Part shown: one piece after another, positions 25,691 through 39,734 of the stretch
How the letters are laid out: the number at the start of each line of letters is the position of its first letter
Numbering within the stretch: position 1 is the stretch's first letter
NCBI RefSeq assembly: GCF_964355755.1
Contig: NC_092675.1
Span: 22,168,912 to 22,232,911 of the forward strand
Reading direction: 5' to 3'
Source: Antedon mediterranea
Lineage: Eukaryota > Animalia > Echinodermata
DNA: 64,000 nucleotides
The notes under the pieces: model-generated
Databases searched by the model: none
Seen by the model: the letters and a program-made list of their open reading frames with translations, nothing else
Told to the model about the DNA's origin: nothing
Program-made: the position numbers and the translations under genes

Positions 25691-27763
25691 TAGTTTGATT
25701 TAGTTTTCAACTAAAATAAAAGTTAGATATTAATGTAATGAATAGATTTTAAATTATTCGTTTCTGGTTAATTAATTTACCGTTTATTACAATGTTGACG
25801 CGTCTGAACTGTATTAAGAATTTCTGTTGTCCTAACAGTAACACAACTGTTGCTTTCGCTTAGTGTTAATTAATAAGACAAAAATCATAATCTTTAATAA
25901 GCAATTAGTTGAGGTCGATTAATATATTTAGCAGAAGGCATGACTACGACTTTATCAGAGGTCTTATTTTGTTCGCATCGTCCCTTGAGAAAGCATGGTG
26001 TCATAATATAGCGACACGTGGTATTTTTTTTTACTGTTTTACACTACATAGCCTTTATGCAGGTGGTTCACGATATACAGTAACGGTATAATTAAATTAA
26101 TAACATTTTAATGATTAATTTATTGATAATGACATCGTTGAATTTTCGACATGCTAGTTTTTGAATGATGTTGAGGCGAGATACATGAACAGCTTCCCAT
26201 TATAATGTTTAAAATAGTTGTGCGAACTTTATCGAATGTTAAACTTCTTATTTGCATATTTGCTTATTTCTCGTTTATGTTTCGTGTTTTCATACTCTTT
26301 CAATATGGAAGTTTTTATTTTCGTTTTCCAAACTGTAATGTTTAAAAATTATATAGATTTTTATATTTAAAATAGCATTCAATAAAATATTTCTTCCAGT
26401 AGACCCTATCTGTTTATTGAGTTCACTATTCTTTAAAAATCTTGAATTATTCCGAAATGAAAATCCTTTTAACGGTTTATAATCGATTATTTGACTTGTC
26501 AAACCATGCGATCAAATATTATATAAATACATTATATACATAGGCCTATGGGAGGCATGGGCATATCTTTCTTATTTTCTCAGACCTTAAAAGTACGGTA
26601 CCGTAATTCAAATAATTTGGTAGAGCATTCCATTCATTATAAGTCTACGAGATTATAAGTGTGTTTTTTTTTGTGAAACATAACCTAATAATATAGATTT
26701 ATACATTGGTTGTGTTTTAAAATGTGAAGAAAATAATGTTAATATTAGTGTTTTTTAAACCGTCAGTTGACGCATATGAAACGCACAATCATGTATGATG
26801 CGTCAATATTATGTGTAAATAAATTCAAATATGTCTTGCCTATCATTAATAAACAAAAAGTGTAGAAAGTTTCATATAATGGATAATCACCATGCTTCTG
26901 TTTGGTAATTATTTACCTACCTGTCATATCTAAAATCTATATTTGTAATTATATGAATAATCATGTCCCCACAGGTAAAATGTCAACATGAATTGTAACC
27001 TAAACAATTGTTATGGTACATAGACTTGCTTATAGGTAACATAATACCACTTGCTTGATTGGATACAGCTTGTACGCGCTACACTAATTGATTTAATTAA
27101 CGCATAGCACAATTGTTAGCAGAATATATGAAAATATGTTTTGACGAGTTTTTGAGTTTGAATAGCGACGAGTAAATATGTTACAATACAACGGATCTAA
27201 AGTTGCATTTACACGATGTTGGAAGTTGAATCTGCCTTTATTATTTTGGCCATGTGTAAATAATCTACAGAAGCTATATTTATTCAATATACACGGTAAA
27301 GTTGGGCCAGACACGTATTTCATTTATACTGTAATGTACTTAGCGCGTTATTAACAAGTAATTATGTTTCAACGTGTGAATAGAACCTTATGTGTGCAAT
27401 AAGTGGCTATTCAAAGAAAGTTATTGAAGGTTCGTAAATATTGTCGAGTAATTGACGTTTAATACGCTTCATAACCTTTTGTATTATCAACGGATGACCG
27501 TTTTTAATTATATTTTCCGATTGAAAATAAAATGCTGGGAAATTATACTGATCAACGAAATCACTCAGTCGAATTAAATTTTGCAACATATATATTGTCT
27601 TGTTTTAAGACTAGCATTGTTTATTATTAAATTAAGTCGTCCATCTCAATGTTTTGTGATTTTGATTGGTCTGAGAACAATGTAAGATGGATGTATATAA
27701 TAAGTGTACACACTTGAGCAAACTACGTTAAAGCCATGAGCAACTAATGTAACGTATATGTAT

Positions 27764-28060
27764 TATAATCTCCGCCTAAAGAGGTTATTTGTGTCCGAGA
27801 TATTTGTGTGTGTTTGTCTGTTAGCAAGATAACATAAAAACTAAAAGACAGATCTTTACCACGTATATATGTGGTCACGGACGACTTCATTAAATTTTGG
27901 AAGCAATCCGGACCAGGATCCCAATTCTGGACCACTTTTTATTATTTTTATTAATTTTAGGCCGTACGTCAAAACTACAAGACGGATCTTTATTACGATT
28001 CTTGGTCTCCTTTCTCTGTTTACTCCTGGGGAAGGTTGCAACTCTTCACTATGAACATTT
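27764..28060 (+). mobile_element. Helentron-associated non-autonomous element (HINE/DINE-like)
   Basis: 5' ctccgcc..gaggttat, tgtgtgtttgtctgttagcaagataac tract, internal ccggaccaggatcc..ctggacc block and degenerate 3' end ctggggaaggttgcaactct. The layout is recalled from widespread aquatic-animal elements. Confidence 0.55.
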
Positions 28061-30619
28061 TAATAATGTATTTATAAGCAATATGGTAATCACAAGGTCA
28101 ATAACTTAATTAGGGTCAATAAAATATTAGGGTCATACCGTAGTGTTTTAGGTCAATATCGTAGGGTCAATAGAGCATATAGTGGTCAATGAATATACGT
28201 AACGTATTAGGAATTATCATTGACGTTTATTTAATGTCATACCACTATAATAAAATTCAATGATTAAACAATTAATTACATACGTTTAAATTGATTTTTG
28301 AAAATTTTTGGAAAAAAAAAAGTAGTAGTAAAAGCGTAGTTGAGAAGCAAAATGGCATAACCTCCCTTCCATCTACTGTGTAAAGTATATCCTGCGTTGG
28401 ATGTAATTATATTATATTCAAATTAAGTTCCCTGTAATTTCCGTACCTTTAGGCATAAGCAACTCCGGAATGTTGTTACAACTTATGTTAACGAAAGAAC
28501 ATTATTTTTGTCTTTCTGTAAACAGTTTGCCAAAGATTGTTCTTCACGGAACTGAATGCATAGTTAACATTTCTTAAATCAATCATAAATACATATTTTG
28601 ATTATACTATTAATGTTGCTCAAATGATGACATTAACATACACCCGGCGGTGAATGCATGAACTTGACTTATGTAATCTCCTAATCTCACATTTAGGTGT
28701 CATTTCATATTTATGCACAGTAATAGATCTAATTGTAGATACGCCGGTTAAAACATGCGTGTGCCAGTTTTTTTCCCCTCAACAAAATGCCCAAGAGACA
28801 TGGGTCGTGGCTCTACTGTCATGTCATAGACAAACAGACTGGAGAACTTTACTAAAAGGAGTTTACAAACGAAAGCTGAAGGATACATGGATTTAAAATA
28901 CAATCTATAGGCGGAGTAGGCGGAGTATTGCGCCTTATTCACTTTAACTTCGATGTTTTGCAAATCATTGTGAAGTTAATGTGTTGGTTGAAGCTGTGAC
29001 AATTTGTCACACAAAGCATATAGTCGAAGAACCCCTCTTCAGCGTTTGGTGTGTAATCTGTTTTTTCCTCCCTCGTCTATACGTTGAACAGTATCATTCC
29101 TTTATAGTTGAACAAATTGCACGTTTTGTTGCGAGTTAAATAAGTTGCTTTCGCTTTAACTTTACCCAGCGGATAATTTTTCAAAAGATGGTTATGTTGC
29201 ATTCATGTCTGAATATGATGCATAGCGTAAACTTTGTAAGTTAAGTTTGTGCTGAATGCTGATCTAAGTAAACAAGAAAAATCCTGTGTATTTAAGGCAG
29301 AAATGATTAATAAAATGCCTCCACTGTGTTTATAGTTATTCGTATGTTTACTTATACTTAAATTAAATAAACTAAGTGTTATTGTTAAAATGTAGGTCTA
29401 TGTTGAAAGGTGCTGTTAGTCTCGAACTCAAGTCGAAGTTGATCTCGAAATTTCTGTCTACTTTTGAATGCAGAAAATAACTTCAGATGACTATAATGAA
29501 TACATTATGTATACAAGTGATGCACTTAACGGCAGTTGCTTTATATTAAAGTTGGCTTGTAATATTTTGTTGGCCTACAACCCATAGACGTAATCACTAT
29601 CATATAATACGATGATTTACATATGGACATCATTTTAATGAAATATCACTGAAATATTAAGAATGCATTTTAACTATTAAAGTCAATATTTTGAACCTTT
29701 AACCTGATATGATTTTGAATTTGTCATGCGTTTCAGAACCGTGACAGAAGTCATCATTGGTCTTTTAGGAAACAAATACAGCGACATTTGTCATAGTAAA
29801 AAGTACAGTATTGAGACAAGTCCCTGTGAAACTATTTAAATTCAGTGTGTAGGATAAACATGTTATTAGAGAAGAGAATTATGTAATCACTAAAACTCCC
29901 CGGGGTTGATACTTTTTTAATAATGTTTCTTGTATTTAAGCAGATTGGCACGTCTATTGCTTTAGTCGTTTCTTGAAATTACTACAACGATACTAAGAAA
30001 GGATGACGAATATAAAAACGAGATCCTTACTTTGACATCTGAAGTGCAGTACTATTTTATTTATAGAAATATTTCTGCAATGTTATCTCTGCGACTTGCT
30101 ATCTCTGCTATTTGCACGGAAAATGGAATGACTATACGACATATGATATAATAACAGTAATGATCGTATAATTTCAATCTATAACAAAAATTCACCTTTA
30201 AATATTATAATAATAGTAAATCAGCAAACCATTTCGCTAAATCGAAACGTTATTGTAGGCCTCTTCATTCTTTTTTTTCAGTTTCAGAAGAAAAAAACCT
30301 ATTACAGTTAGTCCTACAATCTGAAAAATATTAATACAAATATATCAAACTAAAAAGGGTTTATTAAATCAATAAATTGTTTTGAACAATCTCTGCTACA
30401 TAGTTTCACCAGATTCTGCCACTAGATAGAGTGTAACAGACTATTGCACGTCTACTAGATATATGTATAACTGTATGGAGTTTGGAATCTTTTGAACTTG
30501 GGGTTCCGTATACCGTAATGAACAATGAACACACTGTACAAATAGAGGTAGATGGTACAGTAATTGAAGTTACACAGCCTTACAACTATTTTATATCCTG
30601 TTCACTTTTTTCGATTCAG

Positions 30620-30743
30620 GGGGAGGTTTCGGTGACAAATGAACCAAAGAGAGTTATCCTGCAAGTTGTTCAGGAGTTGTATGACAGAATATTAACGACG
30701 GAATGGGGTACCGACACACGGACATGTACTATAGTTTTCATTG
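30620..30743 (+). CDS. ZNG1: ZNG1/CBWD penultimate coding exon, CobW C-terminal domain (GEVSVTNEPKRVILQVVQELYDRILTTEWGTDTRTCTIVFI-G)
   Basis: Acceptor ttcactttttttcgattcag-type tract ending at AG 30618-30619, 124 bp, phase 0 to phase 1, donor gtaagt at 30744. Aligns with human [44 protein letters not shown] and continues the LRLK-G motif from the previous exon. Confidence 0.93.
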
Positions 30744-30776
30744 GTAAGTAAAGCAATTGTTGATGACATATTGTTA

Positions 30777-30998
30777 AAGATTTATTGTCCCCCTGCAAAC
30801 TTGAAACTAAAGATGGATAAAATCAAACTTTGAGAATAGGCCATTTTGTATTTTTAATAGTTTAATTTAAAAGTTCACTTTGGCAAAAAATTAACACTGA
30901 GGCCTACAAGTATTCCGCTTATAATTGACTTTGAGACTATTTTTTCCTTTAAGTTTTATCACTCCAATATTTGGTCAAAGTGAATAATACGTGACATT
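30777..30998. mobile_element. Diverged copy of the Kolobok-like MITE just after the ZNG1 penultimate exon
   Basis: ttaaagatttattgtcccc start, then ccattttgtattttt and tttggtcaaagtgaataa blocks. Confidence 0.65.
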
Positions 30999-31010
30999 TT
31001 TTTGGTTAGT

Positions 31011-31102
31011 GTATACCCTGAATTGTCCTCAGGGGACATCCATATTAAGGGGACAATCTTTTTTGTCCCGTTGGGTGTCTTCTTAATAGGAGTTCTACTG
31101 TA
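31011..31102. mobile_element. Tc1/mariner(pogo)-type MITE remnant; related ends at about 12964-13040 and 14251-14290
   Basis: Shared ggtgtc...ttaata...gttctactgTA end with internal ggggaca repeats. CAG...CTG termini next to TA. Confidence 0.5.
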
Positions 31103-34100
31103 TACAAAACAGCAAGTATTATTGATTAACGTTTTGCTAGAACTCTAGATCTAGTTAGGCTTGTCCTATAATGAAGAGTACGTTGCATATACCGACTGCT
31201 GCAAACCCTTGTTTAATGATTCTTGTTACATTATGTTTATTCTGGTAAATTTAGGTATTATATTAACATTAACAAAATAAGTATATAATAAAATAAATAC
31301 ATATTTAAAAAAACAAAGGTTCAGAGAAAAGGAGAAGAAACATAAAGAAAGAGAGAAAATCGATCCAATCAATTAAATTGTTTGGGTGGTAAAACATTTT
31401 TCGCTCAACACGATTGATATCGGTATACTATAGCGCCGCCAATTGACAAATATAACTTAAGTGACGTATGCGACCGGTTTGTCATTATAGCTTTTGATCG
31501 AACTTTGTGGATTATCTCTTTTCATTGACAAAGTTAATAGTTATTGATGGCTTGAAAACTTTGACCAGAAACCTTTTAAATCTATATCCTTTTAACGTCG
31601 AAATGATTATCCGAGGTTGAACGGATTTCAGTTGATTGAATGGTTTGTTTTGTCCAAAGGACATGGTAGCCTAATATTTTAATTGAGTCGTTGATTTAAA
31701 CATCAATATTCTAATGCGAAACACAAACATGATTATACGTTGACTGTATAGCATGTTTTACCAACGTGTTAATATAGTGGTAATTATGGGAGAATCATGT
31801 TATCAACAAATTCAAGAAGAAATTGACTTTTTGTTCTCACGAATGAACTACAAAATGGGAGCTGATTCCATTTGTGTATAGAAACAAAGGTTTATTTGTA
31901 CATCATCATTCTGAAATGCAATCACCTGCAGATTAGATCATAACGTGTTTATGTTCATAGCATTGGCATGACCATCTAAGGCGAAGATTCGTCTTTAATT
32001 AATCTAAACAAAGATTATCATTTCTTGTTATTTGAGCAGCGCAAAAATATTTTCTAATTTCACTCAGTTTATCTTGCAGAATAACAATGCCCTTTGGACC
32101 CAAATGTACCCATATGTTACTCGTTGTTAACGCGTCATTAATTATCAGTATATGACGCGTTGTAAATTCAGAAGCGTGTGAGTAGTTCCATGTGTTTTAA
32201 CGTCTGTCATCGTAACGCGTCATTAAATGTGATGATAACGCGTCATGATTGTGCGGCGTAAATTTAATTTATCATAACATTCTATTTCGTGGCAAGCTTC
32301 ACTTCACATATTGTAATGCATGGTGCATGTAAACTTGTTCACTTGTTTTTCGTAACTAATTGAAATTGTGTAGACTTTTTTTAATATCGATACTATAACA
32401 CTAATGGCAACTGGGCCTTGGTGGTATTTGGGTATCAAATATCTAGACTTTTCCTTCTGCTGAAGAGTAATGCTTGCAGACAGGGATTCTTTCTCCTCAC
32501 AGTATATTAAAGGGTACATCCGAGTTTAACATTTTTGTTTAAATACCACAATAGTAAAGTACAGCCTGCTGAAAAGGGCCTTTGTAGTTCATTAAAGGAT
32601 AGTTATATTGTTATTGAAAACAAAACCACTTCGATTAATAATGTTGGTTAACTCCACTTATTTTTCGACAGCGGTAAAGGAGGACGTATGTCGTAAACAG
32701 GCCCTTTAAAAATGTGTTGGATTTTTCATAATGCAATAACGAACATTTACACTACTTTATTTATGTAAATTTGAGGCAGTTTTTTCCTAGGCCTATAGAA
32801 AAATATATAGAAAGAAATGTATGCTAAGTCCGATTTGCACGCATCGAACATGGTCTCATCAGATTTATTTACACTAAAGATTGGTGTCGGATTTGGAACC
32901 CCTATAAATCTAGTCACTAATCCTATTTAGAATAATAAAAACATAATACAATACCTTAATTAGCCAGCTGCCTTTGCAACTTAATTGACTGTTTTGTGTT
33001 ACATAATTGATGAATGTACATTTAATAGTCTGTTACTTTAGGTAATTACCTCTTTTTTCTCTCTTTAGCATCAGGAATATTTCTTATATAAGGAATATTG
33101 CACTATTTGTTGTAGGAAAGCCGATACATTTAGACATAAAGATATATAAATGTGTGTATTAATAATAAGTACCGTATGAATTGTATAGCGAGATTCACAA
33201 GATGGCTTATTTCCCTGTCCAAACGGCCCCAAACTGTGTAAATCAAGGATCGGTCTATTCAGCCATGCAAGAAAACATCGAAACTAACTAACTCACATTA
33301 ATTATACAACAACTGTGTGTACACTACAACAATAACAATCAACTTAATACAATACTTAATAGACTATATAGGCCTATTTTATACAAATTATTAAAAATAA
33401 TTAAAAACTATTAGTAATTTTAATAGTGAAATAATTAGTAATCATCAAGGGCTGGAAATGACAGGTCATACTCTACTTAGAGTGACTCCAAAGAAGAACA
33501 TTTGTATATTAATAATGAGTATTGTATATAGCCAACAAGTGAAAATAAGAAGTTAACGATTATTTAAATACAGAAATGTTAACCGATATTAGCGTAGTAT
33601 TCCTAAATGCATACGGTAACCATTCGCAAGATAGCAATATTAAGAAATAGACAATTATTGTGTGCATATAAGCTTGATTCACGTCGGTTTGTTTCTAATT
33701 CAGTCGATCTAAACCATAACTTTCAATTTTTTTGTGATTTTTACAAAAAAATATTTATAAACTTTCTTACTTCTTTCTTAACAATTTTCACGGCTGCTGA
33801 ATAAATGTTGCGAAACGAAAGAAAAATATATAAAAAAGAAAGCAGAACATGTCATGATTCTTTGCTTTTTAAATGCAAATACAGTTTGATTGAAGCATGG
33901 AATGATGCTGCAGTATGCAAGTGACACGATTTTTTCTTAGTTCTGATTGGTTGCGTAATTTTTTATCGCAAAAAGTTACTCTAATTCTAACTGCTGTGCG
34001 AAAAAGATTCATATAGACCCTAAATAAAATCTCTGAAAGAGGCTTAATGCCACCCTTGTTGGTGAACCCATAGTGAAGAAAAGAATAGTGTATAGCCACT

Positions 34101-37100
34101 AACCATTCAAAACTAAGTAAAAAAATCACTCTTCCTTGGTATAATGATATCATACACAAAATCCCTTAAAAATTTAGCATAACTATCATAACAATAAAAA
34201 AAAAACATGGAGATACAAACAAATAAAAAAAAGTTGGATTGTTAAATGAAACCGTTTAGGCTATTTTGTCTTTTTATATAACTGAAATCATTTATTATTT
34301 CTGTTCGTTTTTTTTTTCTGTAGAAGTAATAACCCTATCTTTGATTTATTCATTTTCTGTTCAAAGTTTAATTATGGTAAAAAGTATTCTGTATAAAATC
34401 TTCAAATCAAAAACAAATTTTCTGTTTTTTAAACACAAAACAGTTTATTATATTCGACTGAACATCTGCGGACCCTCAAAAGTCAAACAGTGTTTCTCTT
34501 CTTCACCGCAACATTCTCAATTTGTTTGGAGTTATTTTCTTGACAAAGAATTGTAAGAGTTTTACCTAATCGGTTATGAAATGATACAACAGTTACAATT
34601 ACGTTTGCTTTTAAGATTTAGTTTTGCAGCAACTTAAGGCCGATACCGCCACTATTTGCTTTACGTTTTACAAAAAAAGTTAAGATAATTTCCCCAAGGA
34701 GAATTGATATTAGGGGATCACTCTTCAATTCAAAACTTTCATCATAATACTATTTATCAAATCATTCGAAAAGAATTGTTTTGAGTTGTAGTTGCTAGGA
34801 GCGATTTTCTAGAGTTTGGTCGATTACCTCAGCTTGTATTCAACATTTAACTCTTTTACTCCAGGTGTTAATTTCTAATAGCTATCCATTTGGCTCTCTC
34901 TTGTACTACAACTTGCTAGACAAATATTGAGAAATGCAATTGACCGCAAGTATTCTTTTTATTCACATGTAATATATAAACTAGGTGAATATATCAATTA
35001 CCTAGTTGTAATAATATCAATCGAATTTTTTGATGAACCCGGAGGCTAAAGTGAGCATGTATTATGTTTAGTAACCTCACTAGTGCGACCTTTTTAACAC
35101 CACGTAAAATTATAGTGCATCGTTTCGTTTCTCGTTTTCTTATAGTGAAGAGGTAACCCCGGGCAAAGGTTTTTGTGTGAACTTATAGCGGTCTCACAAT
35201 GCCGTTTTTATTTTTGATATTAAACGTTTTCAAAATAATACAAAGCTGACCTTAATCATCATTGTAGAAAAGTCTGCTGACATTGTTCTTGAATAGTTGT
35301 AGGTAAGATGCAATGTAATCGTACCCATGTTAATTTTCACATACCGCTTCGAAATGAGAAAGAAAATATGTTGGCGTACCTAGTGGCTTTTGGTTTTGTC
35401 GGCTGTATCAACTTAGTTAGTGTACCCGAAGGGATCTCTTACATGGTTTTTGTTTTGAATTACAATGCTCAGTGCGTTAATGGTCAGTTTTCCTGCCGTT
35501 TCGTGTGTGTCCAAGAAACTTATCCGTGGTCAGCGCTAATGGATTGTATGCGTTATCGCTATTATGTTATTTCTTAGGTGCGAAACGTTCCTTATTAAAA
35601 TAAAAACAAGATAAACGAAACCAACACACATGGCTGTTGACAATTGAACTATAACTTTTTCATTAAGCAGTTAACAACACATTTTAAGACACTTAAAATG
35701 TGAGCATTGGGGAGGAGCAAAATAAATTTATTCGAAGTCTTAGTCTATGATTTATAAAATCATAAAACTTAATAACCAGAGTAATGATAAATATAACTAA
35801 TAAACAACTAAATAAAATAAATTTTAATCTAACCAAAGTCTTGGGTATAGAAATTATTATATTAAAAAAATAAATAACGAGAGTTAAACATGGAATAATA
35901 ATCATTACAAATGATAATAGTATGTTTGTGTTTTTATTGTTTGTTGTTTTAGTCATTCTAGTTATTTATCGTTTTCTTATAGTTTGGAAAATGTTGTTAT
36001 TTTTAACTAATTACGCATCGATTTTCAAAATAGTAGGCCTACAGTAATACATTTTATCGCACTTTGGTGTTAGAAACAACTACATAGTGATGAGTTAATT
36101 GACAAGTGATTCAAGTTTATAATATAAAGCTTATAGATTTTAGGTATATTTACACATTAAAAGTGTTACGATGATTACAATATATAATTGATTTCAATAT
36201 CTGTCTGTTTGTGTATTTAAACGACAAGGCTATATTTATTCTGAGCGAAAGAAATAATGCGGAAAATGAACACTCTTCTACTTAGCCAGGACACCTGTGG
36301 CACAGAGCCTTGGTCCTTTGTAGGGTGTTATTGCTTTTAGGCAACGTGTTACCTGAAGAGTAAATAGATGAAATATAAAAGAATCCATTGAGAGGTATTA
36401 TCTGTCTTTATTTGATTTGAATTAGCAGATTAATGAATGCAAACGCTCCCTTCGGTAAAGTACAAAGTTAAGCAGTCCCAAGGACCACAATAGCCAACAT
36501 TTAACAAGACAAACTTCTCTATTCATTACGCATCAATTGGGCTTTTAACTAATTTCCTTCTGAGTGGAGGCACTAATGTTAGTGGTGCATTTGGGTGATT
36601 TCAATTAAAGATGGACGGTAAAGGTGTTAGGCTAAATTGCTTTTAATCCGCCATGAGTGTGTGATCGCTAGGCCATCATTTATTCAATAGAGCATCGTAT
36701 AGTAACTTGATGAACTAGTTAATACTAATACTCAAACCTACTTAGAAGCTTTGGTAAACATTATATCATGGCTATATATATATCAAAATGTCAACGATAT
36801 CGCATGGATATCGCGCGTATTACACATGAAAACATTACACCCAGCGTTTCTTACCAATCATGGTGTTTAATTTCCTTATAAGGTATGATACATTGTACAG
36901 TATTGCTATTAATATATTTCAGTTTACATTAATTGTTAATACTTAAATATACAGAAACATTAGACTATATGAGATATGATCCGTTATTATTTAAATTAGA
37001 CAAATAACCCTACGCTTTATTAGGACATCCGTTTAAAGTCATCAATATCAACAACAACTCTTAAACTAACCAATGTTCACTTGGTATATGCATGGAGAAT

Positions 37101-37469
37101 CTTATTTCTTCATGGTGTAATTTCACTCTTCCCTGGTATGAATACATAGGCCTATACTTGTTGAATGAAAAGAATATTTTCTCAGTTGAAAAATTGATAA
37201 TTGATAAAGGTCAATATCATTATAATATATGCACGTTTTCAACAAATGCAAAGGATTCATTGTTTGTTTTAATCTCCAACTTCCAAATTATTTTTATAGT
37301 TTTGTTTTTTTGGTAGTGGAAAATGAATTACAATTCCCCATGTGCCAAGGTTTCATAAGAATTCATTCCAAACAAAAATACAATAACACCAGTATTATAA
37401 ACTGCAATGCATATATACAAAATAATGACAAAACAATTCTTAATTAATTATAATATTAATAATAATTAA

Positions 37470-37796
37470 AGATGTATTGTCCCCCAAAAACAGGAAAAAT
37501 GAAGATTAATTAAATCAGACTTTGAATATGTTATTTTGTAGTTTTAATAAAGTTAATCACTTCCATAGAAAAAAACGAAAAAAATAATGTTTTCACTTGT
37601 AAAATGACAAAATAAATGGTTAAATTCAACTAAAAATCCATTGGCTGGCAGCCAATTTGACAATTTTTGCTTTAAAATACATTTTTTTTTTCGATCCAAT
37701 TTTTGGTCAAAGTGGATAACTATTATGTTACATTAAAATGGAATATTCAACAAAATTTGTTTTAAGAATTATTTTTTTCGAGGGGACAATACATCT
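37470..37796. mobile_element. Complete 327-bp MITE, Kolobok-like
   Basis: Perfect 15-bp TIR AGATGTATTGTCCCC / GGGGACAATACATCT, flanked by TTAA at 37466-37469 and 37797-37800. AG...CT termini with a TTAA target fit Kolobok. Confidence 0.85.
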
Positions 37797-38905
37797 TTAA
37801 TAGACTAGAAATCAACGACACCCTCCCCCGCCTTATACTGAAATATCCCTCCTGTCCGAGGATCTGGTCACTATAAATAAAGACAGCGAAGAAATTGAAT
37901 TCATTGACTGTTATTAATGAATTGTTGGGAAAGTAATGAAGATATAAAAAGTTGTCAGTTACCGTATTTTCCGTCCCTAGCGGCAACGTGATCTGAGAAA
38001 ATCGTTTCCTTGTTAATAATCATTGTTCTTTCATTTAGAAGTTTTCACACGTTTGCATTGCGCGAGTCCGCTAACGAAGTTGACATTTCGACATGGCTTC
38101 GTGCGGTGTATTGTATGTCTTCTTATATACCTTCTTATATATTTATATCAAAGAAACCATTTACGCCTGTAATTATGATAATGTCTATTATTATCAATAA
38201 TTGTTTCTAATAATTAATTGGTTACGTTGGTTAAGTATCTATCTTTCGGAATTCGATAAATAAGAAAAATGTTTAGATATTTCTTTTAAAGGAGGGGACG
38301 GGGGACAATATTAAAGATCATTTATTACTATACCTTTTCCTTTTCTATAAGGCTATAGATACCCCAAAATAGAATTTTATTTGTAAATTGTCTAGACACA
38401 TTAAAAAAAAAAAAGATCATTAGCCTATAATAATATAATTATGTATTTATATATTACGGTATAACATTACAATTAACATTACTTTTTAAAATAATGATTT
38501 TATCATATAAGTTTGCTTTGGCATACTTAATGTATTGTTTGGTCTTTTTCATGGTTTTATGTTGTTGTTGGCCTATAGGCCTAATGTACTTTATTTGAAT
38601 TAACATCGGACCACTGAATATCAGTTCTTTTTTAATGAAGGATCTGCACATAAAATAGATTGACGGGTTTGAACCGACATTGATATTCTATACAAAATAC
38701 CTACAGAACCAGCAATTCATAGTTTTCACAATTTTCTATTTTGAGATATCATTGTCATTGTTACTGTAGTAAGATGATTTATACGATCATAAGATCAAGG
38801 CCCGTAAACCAGATTTAACATCTTACTTCTAATAATGTTATTCTGTGTTTTTTTAAAATGTTAAAAATACTATATTTTTGTAAAATGTTTTAATTTTTTT
38901 TAAAG

Positions 38906-38961
38906 GTAAACATCTGACGAAGTCTATATTGTTGGAATCTTTTAGTAAACTTGTTAGATGA
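38906..38961 (+). CDS. ZNG1: ZNG1/CBWD last coding exon (G-KHLTKSILLESFSKLVR-stop)
   Basis: Acceptor T-tract followed by aaag. The first 2 nt (GT) complete the phase-1 Gly codon. The peptide aligns with human GRNLDKDILKQLFIATV. TGA at 38959-38961. Confidence 0.85.
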
Positions 38962-39387
38962 TGTGTCTTGGTTGTCGCCATCTACTGAAGCAACGACTTG
39001 GATTACCACGTCACGTCTTTCGTCCAAATAGCTCACGTTGATCAAACGACTGTATCGGTTTTCCAAAATTAAATTATTGCACACATAACGCAAATATGAA
39101 CAAAATGTCTGATGTTTATATTCAGTTCAATAATTGCTTTTTTTTACGGAAACTTACGCCTATGTATAATTAAAAATATTTTGCCGTTAGCATTTCGTAA
39201 TACAACTTAATTATAAAATGAAATAATGATTTGGTGGCTGTAGGCAATAATAGGACATATCGTTTAAGATTTTACAACGGATTGATAGACTCCAGTCGTC
39301 TCGTCTAGCAATGTGTTGACGTATCTGGACATCAAGCGCCGCGGAACGCCTAAACATTTTGTGTGTGTTTAGGCTAAACTATACTAA

Positions 39388-39514
39388 AGCTCTGTCTACA
39401 CTATCAAACTAGACAAAATGTTAGTGATATACCCCAATATGGTAGTGATATGACATCATCATGTCTATATACACATTTTTTTATCACATAAAATTTGTTA
39501 GTGTAGACAGAGTT
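39388..39514. mobile_element. MITE of about 127 bp with TWA flanks (PIF/Harbinger-like), in the presumed ZNG1 3' UTR
   Basis: TIR agctctgtctacacta / tagtgtagacagagtt, flanked by TAA and TTA. Confidence 0.7.
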
Positions 39515-39734
39515 TTAGGCCTACAATCCGAAAAATGTCTAGTTTATCAAATTATCACACATACGGAACTGCATCCAAATATCTTTATTCAAAAGTTAAA
39601 CCAAAATAATTTGTTATGGTTTTGTTTTAACACACCAGATTCTCGGTACTAATAGTAGATTTCTCCGTTATCATAGGGAAATCTCTTCCGCCTATAGTAT
39701 CATTAGACCATAACATAATCCGTCACCATGCATG

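Noticed and set aside
30482-30619. N-terminal part of track ORF 30482-30751
   Set aside because: This is intron read-through. Homology starts only after the acceptor at 30619.
32840-32866. Minus-strand CUGAUGA-gac-cau-guu hammerhead-like start; similar partial cores at 1661 and 38914
   Set aside because: No GAAA box or cleavage triplet in register. The 38914 site is ZNG1 coding sequence.
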